The position numbers were made by a program, and so were the translations under genes. From a virus (taxonomy: Duplodnaviria > Heunggongvirae > Uroviricota > Caudoviricetes), in IMG/VR virus record IMGVR_UViG_3300044984_001938: 64,000 nucleotides of DNA. The stretch is one strand, 5' to 3'. This document shows, piece after piece, positions 18,433 to 28,694 of this stretch; the stretch's first letter is position 1, and every line of letters begins with the position of its first letter. The notes beneath the pieces are model-generated. The model was not told where the DNA came from and ran no database searches. It saw nothing but the letters and a program-made list of their open reading frames with translations.

Positions 18433-18978
18433 TTATAAACCTGCCATTGATATAAATGCTTTTAATTCACTATCCGGTTCACCGTGTAAATTTACTGTGT
18501 CTAATCCTGCACGATGACGCATTTCATTTAATTCTTTTTCATCTTCGTTTTCTTCACGATATTCATGTGGGCTGATAGGTATCAATTCTTTCAATATTTC
18601 TGTATCTGCCGAGTAATCTTTTTCATCAATAGTCACCTCCCATTCATCCACTGTCATTCCTGTAAGTGTTTCTAAATCATCAAGCAATTCTACAACTCGT
18701 TCCGGTATTTTTGTTCTGCGTTTCATTTCAACAAATACTAAATATCTACCAGGGCTTAATTCACCATCACTCAAGCTGGCATCAAGTATCCAGTCATATC
18801 CTCGCTCAAACCAATCAACTAAATCATTACCTGCTGCTTCGCTCTTGACAATAAATGCAAGTGTAACAATATCACTATCCTTGCCCATCTTGGCAGAATA
18901 TTCATCAATGGATACATTTGGTTCAATTTGATGTTCCATATCCATATAATCTAAACCTTCATTAATGATTCTTGTCAT
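18433..18978 (-). CDS. Hypothetical acidic protein
   Basis: 181-aa ORF, N-terminus MTRIINE. Confidence 0.55.
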   Translation of the reverse strand: MTRIINEGLDYMDMEHQIEPNVSIDEYSAKMGKDSDIVTLAFIVKSEAAGNDLVDWFERGYDWILDASLSDGELSPGRYLVFVEMKRRTKIPERVVELLDDLETLTGMTVDEWEVTIDEKDYSADTEILKELIPISPHEYREENEDEKELNEMRHRAGLDTVNLHGEPDSELKAFISMAGL

Positions 18979-18986
18979 ATTACACC

Positions 18987-19598
18987 TTACATTGGAGGGG
19001 CACCAGGAGCTGCCGGAGGTGGCATGCCGCCCATTCCCATATCAACTGGTTGTTGCGGATTTTCTTCCTCGCCCTCACCATTGTCTTTATCTAAATCTTC
19101 ATCGTATGAATCATCTAGTTCTTCCAGATCAATTGTTTGTCCTGCCAAGTCAATAGAACCTTCTTTAATATCGTCCAGCAAGTCTTTGGGAATCTCTATG
19201 AAAACAAACCAAACTTGTTTAGGTGCCATCTTTGGATATCTTGTCCCTGCAACATAATCTTCGTAATCTTTGACTTCTACTGGAACTTCAATTTTGCTTT
19301 TAGCAAATTTAACTTTACATCCAATTGCTACTAATCGTCTGGCACCTTTTGGATTGGGCATTAGTTTGTATGGCCACATGAATATGCAACTAACTGTATA
19401 GCGTTTTATGTCAGGACCTTGAACTAATTCACCTAGTTCCCAGTTACGGTAGGCGTATAGGTCAGATTCGTCTAGTACTCGTTCAAAGTCCAATAAGGTA
19501 TTCATTGAACCATCACTAGTAAATATACCTTTTACGGTGTCTATGATGCTGACATAATCAACACCATTAAAAAAATTGTCTGCGGCTTCGTGCTTCAT
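18987..19598 (-). CDS. Hypothetical protein with acidic/Pro-rich tail
   Basis: 203-aa ORF; GATAAATA box at 19604-19611. Confidence 0.6.
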   Translation of the reverse strand: MKHEAADNFFNGVDYVSIIDTVKGIFTSDGSMNTLLDFERVLDESDLYAYRNWELGELVQGPDIKRYTVSCIFMWPYKLMPNPKGARRLVAIGCKVKFAKSKIEVPVEVKDYEDYVAGTRYPKMAPKQVWFVFIEIPKDLLDDIKEGSIDLAGQTIDLEELDDSYDEDLDKDNGEGEEENPQQPVDMGMGGMPPPAAPGAPPM

Positions 19599-19776
19599 TA
19601 ATATATTTATCTTTTATTGATTAATAGCACTAATAAGAAATTACAATAGTTGAACCCTTAGCCTTATATTTAGTCTAGAAATTTGTGTTAAAAGTCTACT
19701 ACATTAGTCTATTTAACCAGTTGTAAATAACTATGAGTATTATGAGAACTCACGCTCTTATAAAGGAGAATTTACA

Positions 19777-20565
19777 TTGAGCAAACGGAAAACTAGTGCT
19801 TTACGCACAACGCAAGAAGATTCACGCTATTTAACTAGCAAAAAACAAACAAATCAAACTTTTTATATGAAAGAATCCAAAACAATAGATTTCTCACAAG
19901 CACAAAGAACTACTAGGGTTAATAAAAGACCCGTGCAGTTGATCCCCAAATCGCTAAATCAAGAAAATTATATTATCGCATTACTAGATGAAAACACAGA
20001 TATTGTTGTCGTCTCTGGCCCTGCCGGTACTGGAAAAACATATCTTGCAATCTTGGCAGCAGTTAAAGCACTTCGTGCCGGCGAATGTAAACGAATCGTT
20101 CTTACCAGGCCTGCGGTAGCCGTGGAGGATGAGGATCATGGATTCTTGCCCGGTGATTTGAATGAGAAACTGGCCCCTTGGGTAAGACCAATGGTGGATA
20201 TTCTGCATGAGTATTACACGGTGAAGGAGCTTGCGGAGATGATAGCTGAACAAGTCATTGAATTCTCTCCGTTGGGCTTTATGCGTGGCCGCACATTCAA
20301 GGACTCTATCATCATTCTGGATGAGGGCCAAAACAGTCGTCCAGGCCAGTTAAAAATGTTAATGACCCGGATAGGGTCAGGAAGTAAAATTATCCTGACG
20401 GGTGATACCGAGCAGACAGACCAGCGAAAAGAAAACAATGGTCTTCTCGATTTAGTCACAAGACTTGGTCAGCACCCTGTCTCCGGTATTGTGTCATGTA
20501 AATTTGAAGTAAAAGATGTACAGCGACACCGGATAATTGAGCAAGTACTCAAACTGTATAGTTAA
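19777..20565 (+). CDS. phoH: PhoH-like ATPase
   Basis: GPAGTGKT, LTRPAV, GFLPG, PLGFMRGRTF, LDEGQN, TGDTEQTD; TTG start with AAGGAG RBS. Confidence 0.92.
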   Translation: MSKRKTSALRTTQEDSRYLTSKKQTNQTFYMKESKTIDFSQAQRTTRVNKRPVQLIPKSLNQENYIIALLDENTDIVVVSGPAGTGKTYLAILAAVKALRAGECKRIVLTRPAVAVEDEDHGFLPGDLNEKLAPWVRPMVDILHEYYTVKELAEMIAEQVIEFSPLGFMRGRTFKDSIIILDEGQNSRPGQLKMLMTRIGSGSKIILTGDTEQTDQRKENNGLLDLVTRLGQHPVSGIVSCKFEVKDVQRHRIIEQVLKLYS

Positions 20566-20590
20566 AAAAGAGGGCTTAAGCCCTCTTTTT
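20564..20590. terminator. Bidirectional terminator between convergent genes
   Basis: A6-GAGGGC-TTAA-GCCCTC-T5. Confidence 0.85.
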
Positions 20591-20858
20591 ATTTCTTCTT
20601 AACTTCGCTTTCAGTATTATTCTTTTCTAATTGATCAACTAATGCCGGGTAAATACGCTTATAGTATTCATTTAGTTTATTCCAGTCTGTATCCACAGTC
20701 TTTCCTTCAACTACGCATTTTTCAACTTTCTTCTTACCAAAATCCATAATGACATTACATGTTTGAATGTCTGCTGGTCGCAAGCGTTTGCTAATAGACA
20801 CCTGTTCGTCAATTTGGCCATTAGGTTTCCTCAAGAATTGGATAAGTAAATATTTCAT
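20589..20858 (-). CDS. Hypothetical protein
   Basis: 89-aa ORF coupled to the clamp loader gene. Confidence 0.55.
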   Translation of the reverse strand: MKYLLIQFLRKPNGQIDEQVSISKRLRPADIQTCNVIMDFGKKKVEKCVVEGKTVDTDWNKLNEYYKRIYPALVDQLEKNNTESEVKKK

Positions 20859-21781
20859 GCCGTCAACTCCACAATTGAGGCCGCTATTGCTATTTCAGGA
20901 ATCCCTACTAAGGGCAATGTTGCCAAACCATTGCGAATGATAATGATACTTGCATCACGCTTTTCTTGTGTCTTTCCCCACAAATCTAAGTTAGAGTAAG
21001 CCCAAGTATAAATTTCTTCAACTCGGGTCGGGTACAATGCAGTGTACTGCATAAGTTGCTGACGACCCTCAAGAATCTTGCCAGCTTTGAACAATGTAGT
21101 TGCTTCTATTAGAAGCTCATGTTCGCTATTACCCTGTGATTGCGGAGGCAATAGTTTACCGGTGCTTGAATTAACTTGTAGTTGATTCAAACATTTACGC
21201 AAGTCTGGGTATGCTACACGAACATAACTGTCCAATGTATCTAAATCAAACTCAATACCTTCTGTCAATAAAACAGTTGCTGCCCTTGCTGTATATTCTG
21301 TACGATCGGGTTTAGCAATATGAAACTTATGGCAACGACTTTCACGCAATGCTGGAATGATTTTGTGTTCATAGTTACAAGTAAGAATAAATCTCACTGT
21401 ATCAGCATATGCTTCCATATCGTTACGCAATGCTGCTTGAAACTCTGGGCTAGTGTAATCGGCCTCATCAAGTAGGATTACCTTAAACTTACCGAATGGC
21501 ATGGTTTGTGCAAATCCATTAATCTTATCACGCACGATTGCTACGCCATTTTCACGACTAGCATTGATTTCCATTACATCATAATCTTCCACACCAAGTT
21601 CATGGATCAATACTTTAGCAAGAGTAGTCTTACCAGTACCCGGGTCGCCGCTTAACAATAGATGCGGAATGCTACCATTAGCTATCCAACCTTCTACCTG
21701 TTGTTTTTGTCGTTCATCCACAAAAACATAATCTTTAACAGATTTGGGACGATAACGCTCAACCCAAAGTTGATTTTTCAT
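20855..21781 (-). CDS. Sliding-clamp loader AAA+ subunit (T4 gp44 / RFC-like)
   Basis: LWVERYRPK, GDPGTGKTT, INASRENG, ILLDEADY, FILTCNY, PDLRKCLNQLQ. Confidence 0.92.
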   Translation of the reverse strand: MKNQLWVERYRPKSVKDYVFVDERQKQQVEGWIANGSIPHLLLSGDPGTGKTTLAKVLIHELGVEDYDVMEINASRENGVAIVRDKINGFAQTMPFGKFKVILLDEADYTSPEFQAALRNDMEAYADTVRFILTCNYEHKIIPALRESRCHKFHIAKPDRTEYTARAATVLLTEGIEFDLDTLDSYVRVAYPDLRKCLNQLQVNSSTGKLLPPQSQGNSEHELLIEATTLFKAGKILEGRQQLMQYTALYPTRVEEIYTWAYSNLDLWGKTQEKRDASIIIIRNGLATLPLVGIPEIAIAASIVELTA

Positions 21782-22062
21782 TTTCTAAGCATCTCAAGTG
21801 TTATGATGTGGGCGATACTTTGACCCAAGTCTTGTTCACTGGGAATGATATGTAATGTGGAATCGCGTTCTTCGGTTCTGTCATTATACGAAACATATTC
21901 CATTACATATCCTCCGTTAGCAGAGTAGATAGTAAAGTTCATTCCATTTCGGTCAAATCTACGCCTTCTAACTGAGCCGACCGTCGATTCTTCCACTCTA
22001 GAAGCATTTTCCCAATCTTCACTGGCCCAGTTGTGAATCTTTTTCTTAAACCATTTTATCAT
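21778..22062 (-). CDS. Hypothetical protein
   Basis: 94-aa ORF with overlapping stop/start on both sides. Confidence 0.55.
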   Translation of the reverse strand: MIKWFKKKIHNWASEDWENASRVEESTVGSVRRRRFDRNGMNFTIYSANGGYVMEYVSYNDRTEERDSTLHIIPSEQDLGQSIAHIITLEMLRK

Positions 22063-22451
22063 TAGTACACCATTTCGCTTAATGTTGAATCCGATACTTC
22101 TTCATCTGACATCATTAGTATATCATCAGCGTCAACTCTACGCAATGTTTTCTTACCCGTTTCATCTTCTATCTCAATTCCACGAGTCCAGCGTCCATGA
22201 CTGACACAAACCCATTTACCTTCAACAATGTCAGTATCTTTGTTTTCTGAACCCACAGCATATATCTTTCCCCAGCGAGGCCTGATACCTGCACTTTTCA
22301 TATCATCATTGGGCAATAGAATACCGCCATGTGTAATGCGTTGGTCAAAACTCATATCACATACGATAATATGTGCGCCAATTGGGTTGAACTGGCTTTT
22401 ATTGAATTTATGTGGAGCAAATGCTAATTTTTTTGGTTCGGTGTGTGTCAT
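22062..22451 (-). CDS. GroES-like co-chaperonin (start reassigned to 22451)
   Basis: FNPIGAHIIV, ITHGGILLP mobile loop, WGKIYAVG, GKWVCVSHGRWT, DDILMM; upstream in-frame extension overlaps the preceding gene. Confidence 0.75.
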   Translation of the reverse strand: MTHTEPKKLAFAPHKFNKSQFNPIGAHIIVCDMSFDQRITHGGILLPNDDMKSAGIRPRWGKIYAVGSENKDTDIVEGKWVCVSHGRWTRGIEIEDETGKKTLRRVDADDILMMSDEEVSDSTLSEMVY

Positions 22452-22452
22452 G

Positions 22453-22824
22453 TTATTTCTTCTTTGTTGCTTTCTTGATTTCTTCTTCTTTGATTTTTTC
22501 AATCGCCAAATCATCTTCAATTGATTCATCTAACTCAAATTCTTCTGGGTGGAGTTCAGCAACGGCTATTTTTGCTGGTGTGGGAACATCCGGTTGTATT
22601 CTACTTTGTGGCTTGCTTGCGTTTGCTGAACGATTTCCCACTGTTTTAGCATAAGCATTGTTTACTTTAGCAGTTGCGGGTTGAATTATTCTACCCATTG
22701 AATCAATGGTGTCACCTCGTGCGTTAAGATTTTTGACATTCCCCACGGCTCTGACTTTTTCATTTTTTGCTACAATAGCTGACATGTCAACGGTTTTACC
22801 CATTGCGGATCTGTATGTGGCCAT
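22453..22824 (-). CDS. Hypothetical protein
   Basis: 123-aa ORF with AAGGAG RBS. Confidence 0.55.
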   Translation of the reverse strand: MATYRSAMGKTVDMSAIVAKNEKVRAVGNVKNLNARGDTIDSMGRIIQPATAKVNNAYAKTVGNRSANASKPQSRIQPDVPTPAKIAVAELHPEEFELDESIEDDLAIEKIKEEEIKKATKKK

Positions 22825-22897
22825 TTTATCTCCTTTTAGTTAGTAATATTTAATCTTCTGCTAGTATGCCTTAATTTTTACTCAGTATTCCAATTAC

Positions 22898-23407
22898 TCA
22901 CCTTAGAAATTCATCAATTGATAATTGGTAAAAAAGACTGTTAATTCTGTGAATCCCTATCAAAAACAACACAAAACTAGCCACACTACTACCTCTGCCC
23001 ACTCCCCAAACTATGTTATTACTACGCATAGTATCAACAAGATATTTTAAGTATTGTAGTAATGAAAACATATTCCTATCATGGAATTTTAATAGTTCAT
23101 CACCTGCTCGTTGCAGTTCTTCTTCGGTTTTGCATTGAGCTAATACCCATTTAGCAATATCCATTTCATAATATTCTTTGGGCATTTGCCATTGTGATTG
23201 ATTTTGACTATCAAATTCTTTTACTGATAAATTAGATTTAACATACTCTATTAGAACGGGTAAGTTTTCATTTGAAAGAAATATGGTACCCAGAGTTATC
23301 TTTTCATCTACCAAACAATCTTTTATAGTGCGGGTAGAATCACGCATATACAAATCACACAGGTCATTTTCTGTGAGGATTATTTGATCGTATATGTCGG
23401 TTCTCAT
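22898..23407 (-). CDS. Stand-alone fragment of a DnaE-type DNA polymerase III alpha subunit
   Basis: WGVGRGSSVASFVLFLIGIHRIN matches the DnaE GxGRGS motif; only 169 aa. Confidence 0.7.
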   Translation of the reverse strand: MRTDIYDQIILTENDLCDLYMRDSTRTIKDCLVDEKITLGTIFLSNENLPVLIEYVKSNLSVKEFDSQNQSQWQMPKEYYEMDIAKWVLAQCKTEEELQRAGDELLKFHDRNMFSLLQYLKYLVDTMRSNNIVWGVGRGSSVASFVLFLIGIHRINSLFYQLSIDEFLR

Positions 23408-23445
23408 CTATGTATTTTAACATAGACCAATAGATAAATCAACAC

Positions 23446-24048
23446 TTATGGTTGTTTATGGTAGTCATTGTTGAAAATAATTTCAGTAGAGGTATGTTCT
23501 TTTTGTTCCCAATCCAAACTAACTCCGGCCCAATCATTATGATGTTTTATCAATCTAACTATTTTATCTTTTTTATTAGATTTGGATAAATCAGATATAG
23601 AAGTGGAAGCACATTCCCACCAGCCCTTGTTACCAAAAGGGTGATTAGCTACAGTTTCTACATCATAAATAAATTTAACATCATCACTTAATCCAGAAAT
23701 AAGTGATATATCAGTTATATGTAATTTACCTTCTGTTATGGCGTTTAGTTTCAACAATAGCAGAATGGTTATGATCTGATCATACGGCTCGTCCGGAAGA
23801 GTACAAACTTTGATATCAGCTTGTAGATACTTCTCAATCGCTTTTTTTTCTGAATCTTGCACAAAAATACTATTGCCCAAACAGTTATGTAAGAAGTAAT
23901 GTATCCGGTCCATTGCTATATTTTGTTCTTTAATAGATGCTGTATCAACTTCCATGCTCAATGAAAGTTCATATATGTTCATTAAGAACTCCCCTTCAAA
24001 ATAAACAGCAGCTTGGAATGCAAATTCACGTTCAATTCTTGTTGCCAA
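23446..24048 (-). CDS. Hypothetical protein
   Basis: 200-aa ORF. Confidence 0.55.
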   Translation of the reverse strand: MATRIEREFAFQAAVYFEGEFLMNIYELSLSMEVDTASIKEQNIAMDRIHYFLHNCLGNSIFVQDSEKKAIEKYLQADIKVCTLPDEPYDQIITILLLLKLNAITEGKLHITDISLISGLSDDVKFIYDVETVANHPFGNKGWWECASTSISDLSKSNKKDKIVRLIKHHNDWAGVSLDWEQKEHTSTEIIFNNDYHKQP

Positions 24049-24289
24049 TTTCGCCCTCTTTCTGAATAGAAACTTGATTATGCAGGTTTTGTTTTTTCAT
24101 TACCTCATCAAGTTTTTTATTTGCTTCGTTGCGATAACTTTCAACCACCATTTCAAGTTGATTGATTAGTGGTCTATTACCCATTCGGTGAGCAAAAGTA
24201 AGTTTATTCATCAGCCCGGTTAGGGTAGCTTGAATTTCCTCTAGTGTCTTTTCAGACAGTGTTTTTCTATCTAAGAATGGATGTTCCAT
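24032..24289 (-). CDS. Hypothetical helical protein
   Basis: 85-aa ORF; TAAATA box immediately upstream. Confidence 0.55.
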   Translation of the reverse strand: MEHPFLDRKTLSEKTLEEIQATLTGLMNKLTFAHRMGNRPLINQLEMVVESYRNEANKKLDEVMKKQNLHNQVSIQKEGEIGNKN

Positions 24290-24300
24290 TCAAATATTTA

Positions 24301-25572
24301 TTACCACGGCGACAGTACAATTTTTTTCCAAATATCATTACCAACATAATAAGTAGCACTAGTTGCTACTATATTTGAAGTTAATGCAACTACTGTTCCC
24401 GCCACACCGTTTGTCCTAGATTGACTTACTGTGATATTTGGGCTAGCAACAGTTTTGATATAATATACTGTATTAGAAATCAATCCACCCATATTAGCAG
24501 TAAAGATAATTGGTGAGTTTACTGCACTAGTTATACTTGACAAATTACCCGACAGTGTAATCACATTGCCACTCGAAAATGTGTTTGTTACACTAGTTGC
24601 ACACGCAGTAGAATTATATGTGTCAGTTGCTATATAAACGTATGATGTTGGGTTAGCAAGCATTGAAGTACCAGATGCATTTGCTCCAATAGCAATATTA
24701 GCACCACCAATAGATGATGACACTGTAAATGTAGTGCTTGACACTACATTTCTTACATAATATGTTGTGCCCACCACTATATTACCTGCAAGTGAAGTAC
24801 CGGTGAATACGATTGGCAAATCAGTATAAAGTTGTGTAGTGTTCCCGGAAGTCGTAAGATACGGGTCTGTATTAGCCCCAGTGATAGTTAATTGATTAAC
24901 CGAAGAACCAACTGCAATATCTCCGTTTACGTCACCTTGAAATCCAGTAGGAGGAACAAGACGTTGTTGAATTTGTGTAGACTGAATTGGTCTATTAGTT
25001 GCGGAAATAGACAATGTAGTACCACAATCAACTGTACTTATTAAATAATTAAGTTGAGTTACCCCATATGGAACAGTGACCGATGTATTTCCATTTATAT
25101 TTGAATAATTTTCAAGTGTAGTTGCTCCCAATGTTACATTTGACGGGAAAGTAATAGTAGAAAGGGTATTAGATATTGATAGATTTAATTGAACATTACT
25201 TTGCGTGCCGGCTGGTGCCCAACTACCAAAATTGATTGTAGTATTTGCTGCTATTGTTCCATACTGAACATCTGCTAATGAAGTATTTACTAGAACAGTA
25301 CCTGATAATGCGTTGCCTAAATTATAAGTGGTTGCTCTGAAACTGCGTGTACTTGCGTTGCTGATAAGCGTGTTGGCCATATCATTGTTAATAGTAGTAC
25401 CTATTAAAGCCTGCTTAACTACTACTTTATTTTGCAGGTCAGTTATTTCTGTTCCGGCAGCATTAAGATTGGTTACAATAGATGCAAAATTATCTCTGAA
25501 TCCTTGACTGTTGTTGTTAACACCCGGGACAGGATAATTTACATTAATTGGATTTGTGTTGATTGTACTCAT
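24301..25572 (-). CDS. Structural (tail/baseplate-associated) protein
   Basis: N-terminal YPVPGVNNNSQGFRDNF motif; Asn/Thr/Ser-rich beta repeats. Confidence 0.6.
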   Translation of the reverse strand: MSTINTNPINVNYPVPGVNNNSQGFRDNFASIVTNLNAAGTEITDLQNKVVVKQALIGTTINNDMANTLISNASTRSFRATTYNLGNALSGTVLVNTSLADVQYGTIAANTTINFGSWAPAGTQSNVQLNLSISNTLSTITFPSNVTLGATTLENYSNINGNTSVTVPYGVTQLNYLISTVDCGTTLSISATNRPIQSTQIQQRLVPPTGFQGDVNGDIAVGSSVNQLTITGANTDPYLTTSGNTTQLYTDLPIVFTGTSLAGNIVVGTTYYVRNVVSSTTFTVSSSIGGANIAIGANASGTSMLANPTSYVYIATDTYNSTACATSVTNTFSSGNVITLSGNLSSITSAVNSPIIFTANMGGLISNTVYYIKTVASPNITVSQSRTNGVAGTVVALTSNIVATSATYYVGNDIWKKIVLSPW

Positions 25573-25594
25573 TGTTTTATTCCGTTATATATAT

Positions 25595-28072
25595 TTAGTA
25601 TTGAGTTTCATCTGGTAAAATAGTTGCACGAGGGAACAATACAAAGAAATCTTGACTATTGATTGGGTTTGGTACTGGAGTAGCACTAGGTAAACTAGAC
25701 CATGCAGGTGGATTAAAATCATTTTCCCAATTATAAGTAGTACTCTTATCTACTGTAAATCTATCTATATTGAAATTAATCTGATTAAGAGTATATGGCC
25801 AGTTAGTTTCTATATTCGTTTTAATAGTTTCAGCTTGGCCTGGTTTTGTATAGCATATTACCCATGCTTGAGTATAGCCCAAAGTACTACCATTTGTTTG
25901 TTGACTAGTCATCCATACTGGCAATAGTGTGCTGTTTAATACTTGTCCCAGGATATCAGCTACTCTATTACGCATGTTAAATAAACTGTTAGGGTATAGC
26001 GTTCTAGCATATCCGGAAGTCAAACTAGTAAAGTATTGTTGATTTAACAATTCAACATAGCTAGTGAATATATCGGTTACACTTGTGTACCAAGGTCCCA
26101 AATGTAAATCAATTGGAGTTGGCCAATATATACTACTAGGAACACTAACCCCTTGGGGATTTATCAAATTATCAATTACTTCACTGTATACTACTTCATA
26201 AATTATATTATTATTGTTATCTCTTGCAATAGCAGTTTTTAGCTCACCTAAAGTGATATTTCTCCAGTAATGATTTTGTGTGACTGATGCTATATATTCT
26301 TGTAGACCACTTGCATATATACCATATGCATGGTCGTATATGACATTGGTTGCTTTTCCAAAATTAACATCATCTGATCTGTATAATAATTCAGTAGGTA
26401 TTAGTGCTTCACTGTCTAACAATGTTCGTAGTATATTTCTATCGTTAATGCTAGGGGCCGCTTGAATATATAATATATCAGTAGGTTGCCCATATTCTTG
26501 ATATACATTTACGGTAAATGTTTTGCTAGATTCTACAATAGCAAAGTTTGACGAGTATGCTTGAATTGTAAATGTAAAAGCAGTTTGTTCACCAACATTT
26601 AAAAAAGTATTTGTTGGTTGACTAGCTACAATACCTGTTATTTCACCGCTGGGTAATAATGTTAAATTCGGAGGTAAACTACCTGAAGTTAATCTATACT
26701 CTAATGGGGTGTCCGAAACTGCAAGGACTTTTAATATGCTAAGAGTGTCGTTATATATTGTACCTAAATCTTGTAGTGTGACCCAAGATATTGTACCAGT
26801 GATATCCAAACTTAGATTGAATGCAAAATTAAACACCGGAGACACTATTCCAGTATTACCTGCTCTTACTACTTGTGCAGTAAAACTATAGTTATTAATA
26901 CCCGGTGATGACAAAATAGGAGTTCCTGTTATCCAACCTGTGGTAGAATCATGTGCTATTCCCTGCGGCAATCCAGAAACATAATAATTAATATCGTTGC
27001 CATCAAACTCATATCCAATTAATTTGAAAGCAAAGTAGTTATCACTTAAAAATGTACCTAATTGAGCATTCGTTGAAGTTGCTATCGGTGGCAATAAATA
27101 ATAACCATAATACGGATCACTATCATTTACTGTAATTGTCAATGGTCTAGTATTTAATAAAGTGGGCTGTCTTGTGTTAGGTGGGTTTCCAGGACCACCT
27201 TGACTTACAGGGGTGTTTTGATTTAAAACTGTAATTGAATAAGAAGCAGTTGCGTTACCCAAAGCACTTACTAGTGCCAATACAAAATTGTAAGTTCTAA
27301 TTATAGGTTGACCGGTAGAAATTGCAGGTAATGTAATATTCATCCCTCCTGCATCTTCACTCAATACAAAAGTACTTCCATTTTGGGTGGTAGATATAGT
27401 AAATGCAGTGTTAGTCGTATCAATAGTTTTTATATAATATGTTTGTCCTGCGATTATTCCACCTATAGGATCGGTAAATGTCACCGGTCTTCCAATAGTT
27501 ATACCTATAATTGATAAACAATAAATCAACGATGTAGATGATGTATTTAAACTAAATGCGGTTACTAAGGGTAATGTAACTATTGTTGTTGGTGGTTGTG
27601 GATAGCCCTGTATCAACCCTGATGTAGAAATTTCAAGACCCGGAGGCAATAGCCCCTGTTGTAACTCTATTAATACTATATTGTTTGGAACAGGATTAGA
27701 ATATTCTATTTGTATCTGTGTCCAAACACTATCTTGGGTAGTTAATATTACCCCACTTGGTGTAGTAATCTGTGGTGTAACAGCACCAGTAATCAACATA
27801 CTAAATGTTCTATCACGGATATTATTTAAATTATCTGTTGCTCTTACAGTGAATATAGTTAGTGTGTCAGATGTTACTATTGCAGGAATCCCGGATAATA
27901 CACCGGTATTAGTGTTTAGTACTATTGCGTTAGGTAATGATCCTGCTAAAACTTGATAGCTTACACTAGTAGCGGGGGCAACTGGTGTTGCCAATAATAC
28001 ATATGAAGTTGCATATCCATATGGATAACTTCCTATAGAGCCAGCAGGGGTATTCCAAATAGGCTGTGACAT
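25595..28072 (-). CDS. Baseplate-associated protein with putative Ig-like repeats
   Basis: Repeated GSLP.G/LPPG...GxIxGxP...FTI.A patterns. Confidence 0.6.
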   Translation of the reverse strand: MSQPIWNTPAGSIGSYPYGYATSYVLLATPVAPATSVSYQVLAGSLPNAIVLNTNTGVLSGIPAIVTSDTLTIFTVRATDNLNNIRDRTFSMLITGAVTPQITTPSGVILTTQDSVWTQIQIEYSNPVPNNIVLIELQQGLLPPGLEISTSGLIQGYPQPPTTIVTLPLVTAFSLNTSSTSLIYCLSIIGITIGRPVTFTDPIGGIIAGQTYYIKTIDTTNTAFTISTTQNGSTFVLSEDAGGMNITLPAISTGQPIIRTYNFVLALVSALGNATASYSITVLNQNTPVSQGGPGNPPNTRQPTLLNTRPLTITVNDSDPYYGYYLLPPIATSTNAQLGTFLSDNYFAFKLIGYEFDGNDINYYVSGLPQGIAHDSTTGWITGTPILSSPGINNYSFTAQVVRAGNTGIVSPVFNFAFNLSLDITGTISWVTLQDLGTIYNDTLSILKVLAVSDTPLEYRLTSGSLPPNLTLLPSGEITGIVASQPTNTFLNVGEQTAFTFTIQAYSSNFAIVESSKTFTVNVYQEYGQPTDILYIQAAPSINDRNILRTLLDSEALIPTELLYRSDDVNFGKATNVIYDHAYGIYASGLQEYIASVTQNHYWRNITLGELKTAIARDNNNNIIYEVVYSEVIDNLINPQGVSVPSSIYWPTPIDLHLGPWYTSVTDIFTSYVELLNQQYFTSLTSGYARTLYPNSLFNMRNRVADILGQVLNSTLLPVWMTSQQTNGSTLGYTQAWVICYTKPGQAETIKTNIETNWPYTLNQINFNIDRFTVDKSTTYNWENDFNPPAWSSLPSATPVPNPINSQDFFVLFPRATILPDETQY

Positions 28073-28073
28073 A

Positions 28074-28694
28074 TTATGCTGTTAAGTAATGCATCGCTAA
28101 TTCAAAGTGATGTTTTCTATCTGCTAACCCAATAGTACCACCGTTGATACGTTTAGTTAATGTAACAAAATCTCCACTATCACAATATTGATTTAATTTG
28201 TTATTTTCCCAGAACCATCCTGCACTTGCTACTGCACCGTTTGGTGTCTCTAAGTAAGCAACAGTATCTTCTAAACTCATACCCAAATCGTTGGCAAATT
28301 TAGTATAATTATCACGACCAGTTAATTGAATAAGTCCACGCCCGCGGAATTTATATCCATCACCGCTTGATTCATCCCCGTTTTTCATTCGGTTAGCATA
28401 AACACGATTAGCAATCTTTTCTGGCTTTTTTGCATATTGATTTGCCATGTCATCATTGGTAAAATATTTACCAAATGTACTGCGTAGTCCATTAGAACTA
28501 TAATTTAGATTTTCTTTAATGAAGTTATAACCACCGGATTCGTGTGCAGTTTGTGCTAGAAAGCCAGCCAATCTTGCTGGATTCACATTCATTTCATAGT
28601 ATTCAGCCACGGTGTTAAGTGGTTCAATATATCCCTCAAGAATACTTGATTTTGTGTGCGGACATATCTGCGTTAATAAATCTAAAGTTACCAT
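28074..28694 (-). CDS. GH19 chitinase-like endolysin (start reassigned to 28694)
   Basis: FLAQTAHESGG..ENLNY, GDGYKFRGRGLIQLTGRDNY, INGGTIGLADR. Confidence 0.9.
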   Translation of the reverse strand: MVTLDLLTQICPHTKSSILEGYIEPLNTVAEYYEMNVNPARLAGFLAQTAHESGGYNFIKENLNYSSNGLRSTFGKYFTNDDMANQYAKKPEKIANRVYANRMKNGDESSGDGYKFRGRGLIQLTGRDNYTKFANDLGMSLEDTVAYLETPNGAVASAGWFWENNKLNQYCDSGDFVTLTKRINGGTIGLADRKHHFELAMHYLTA

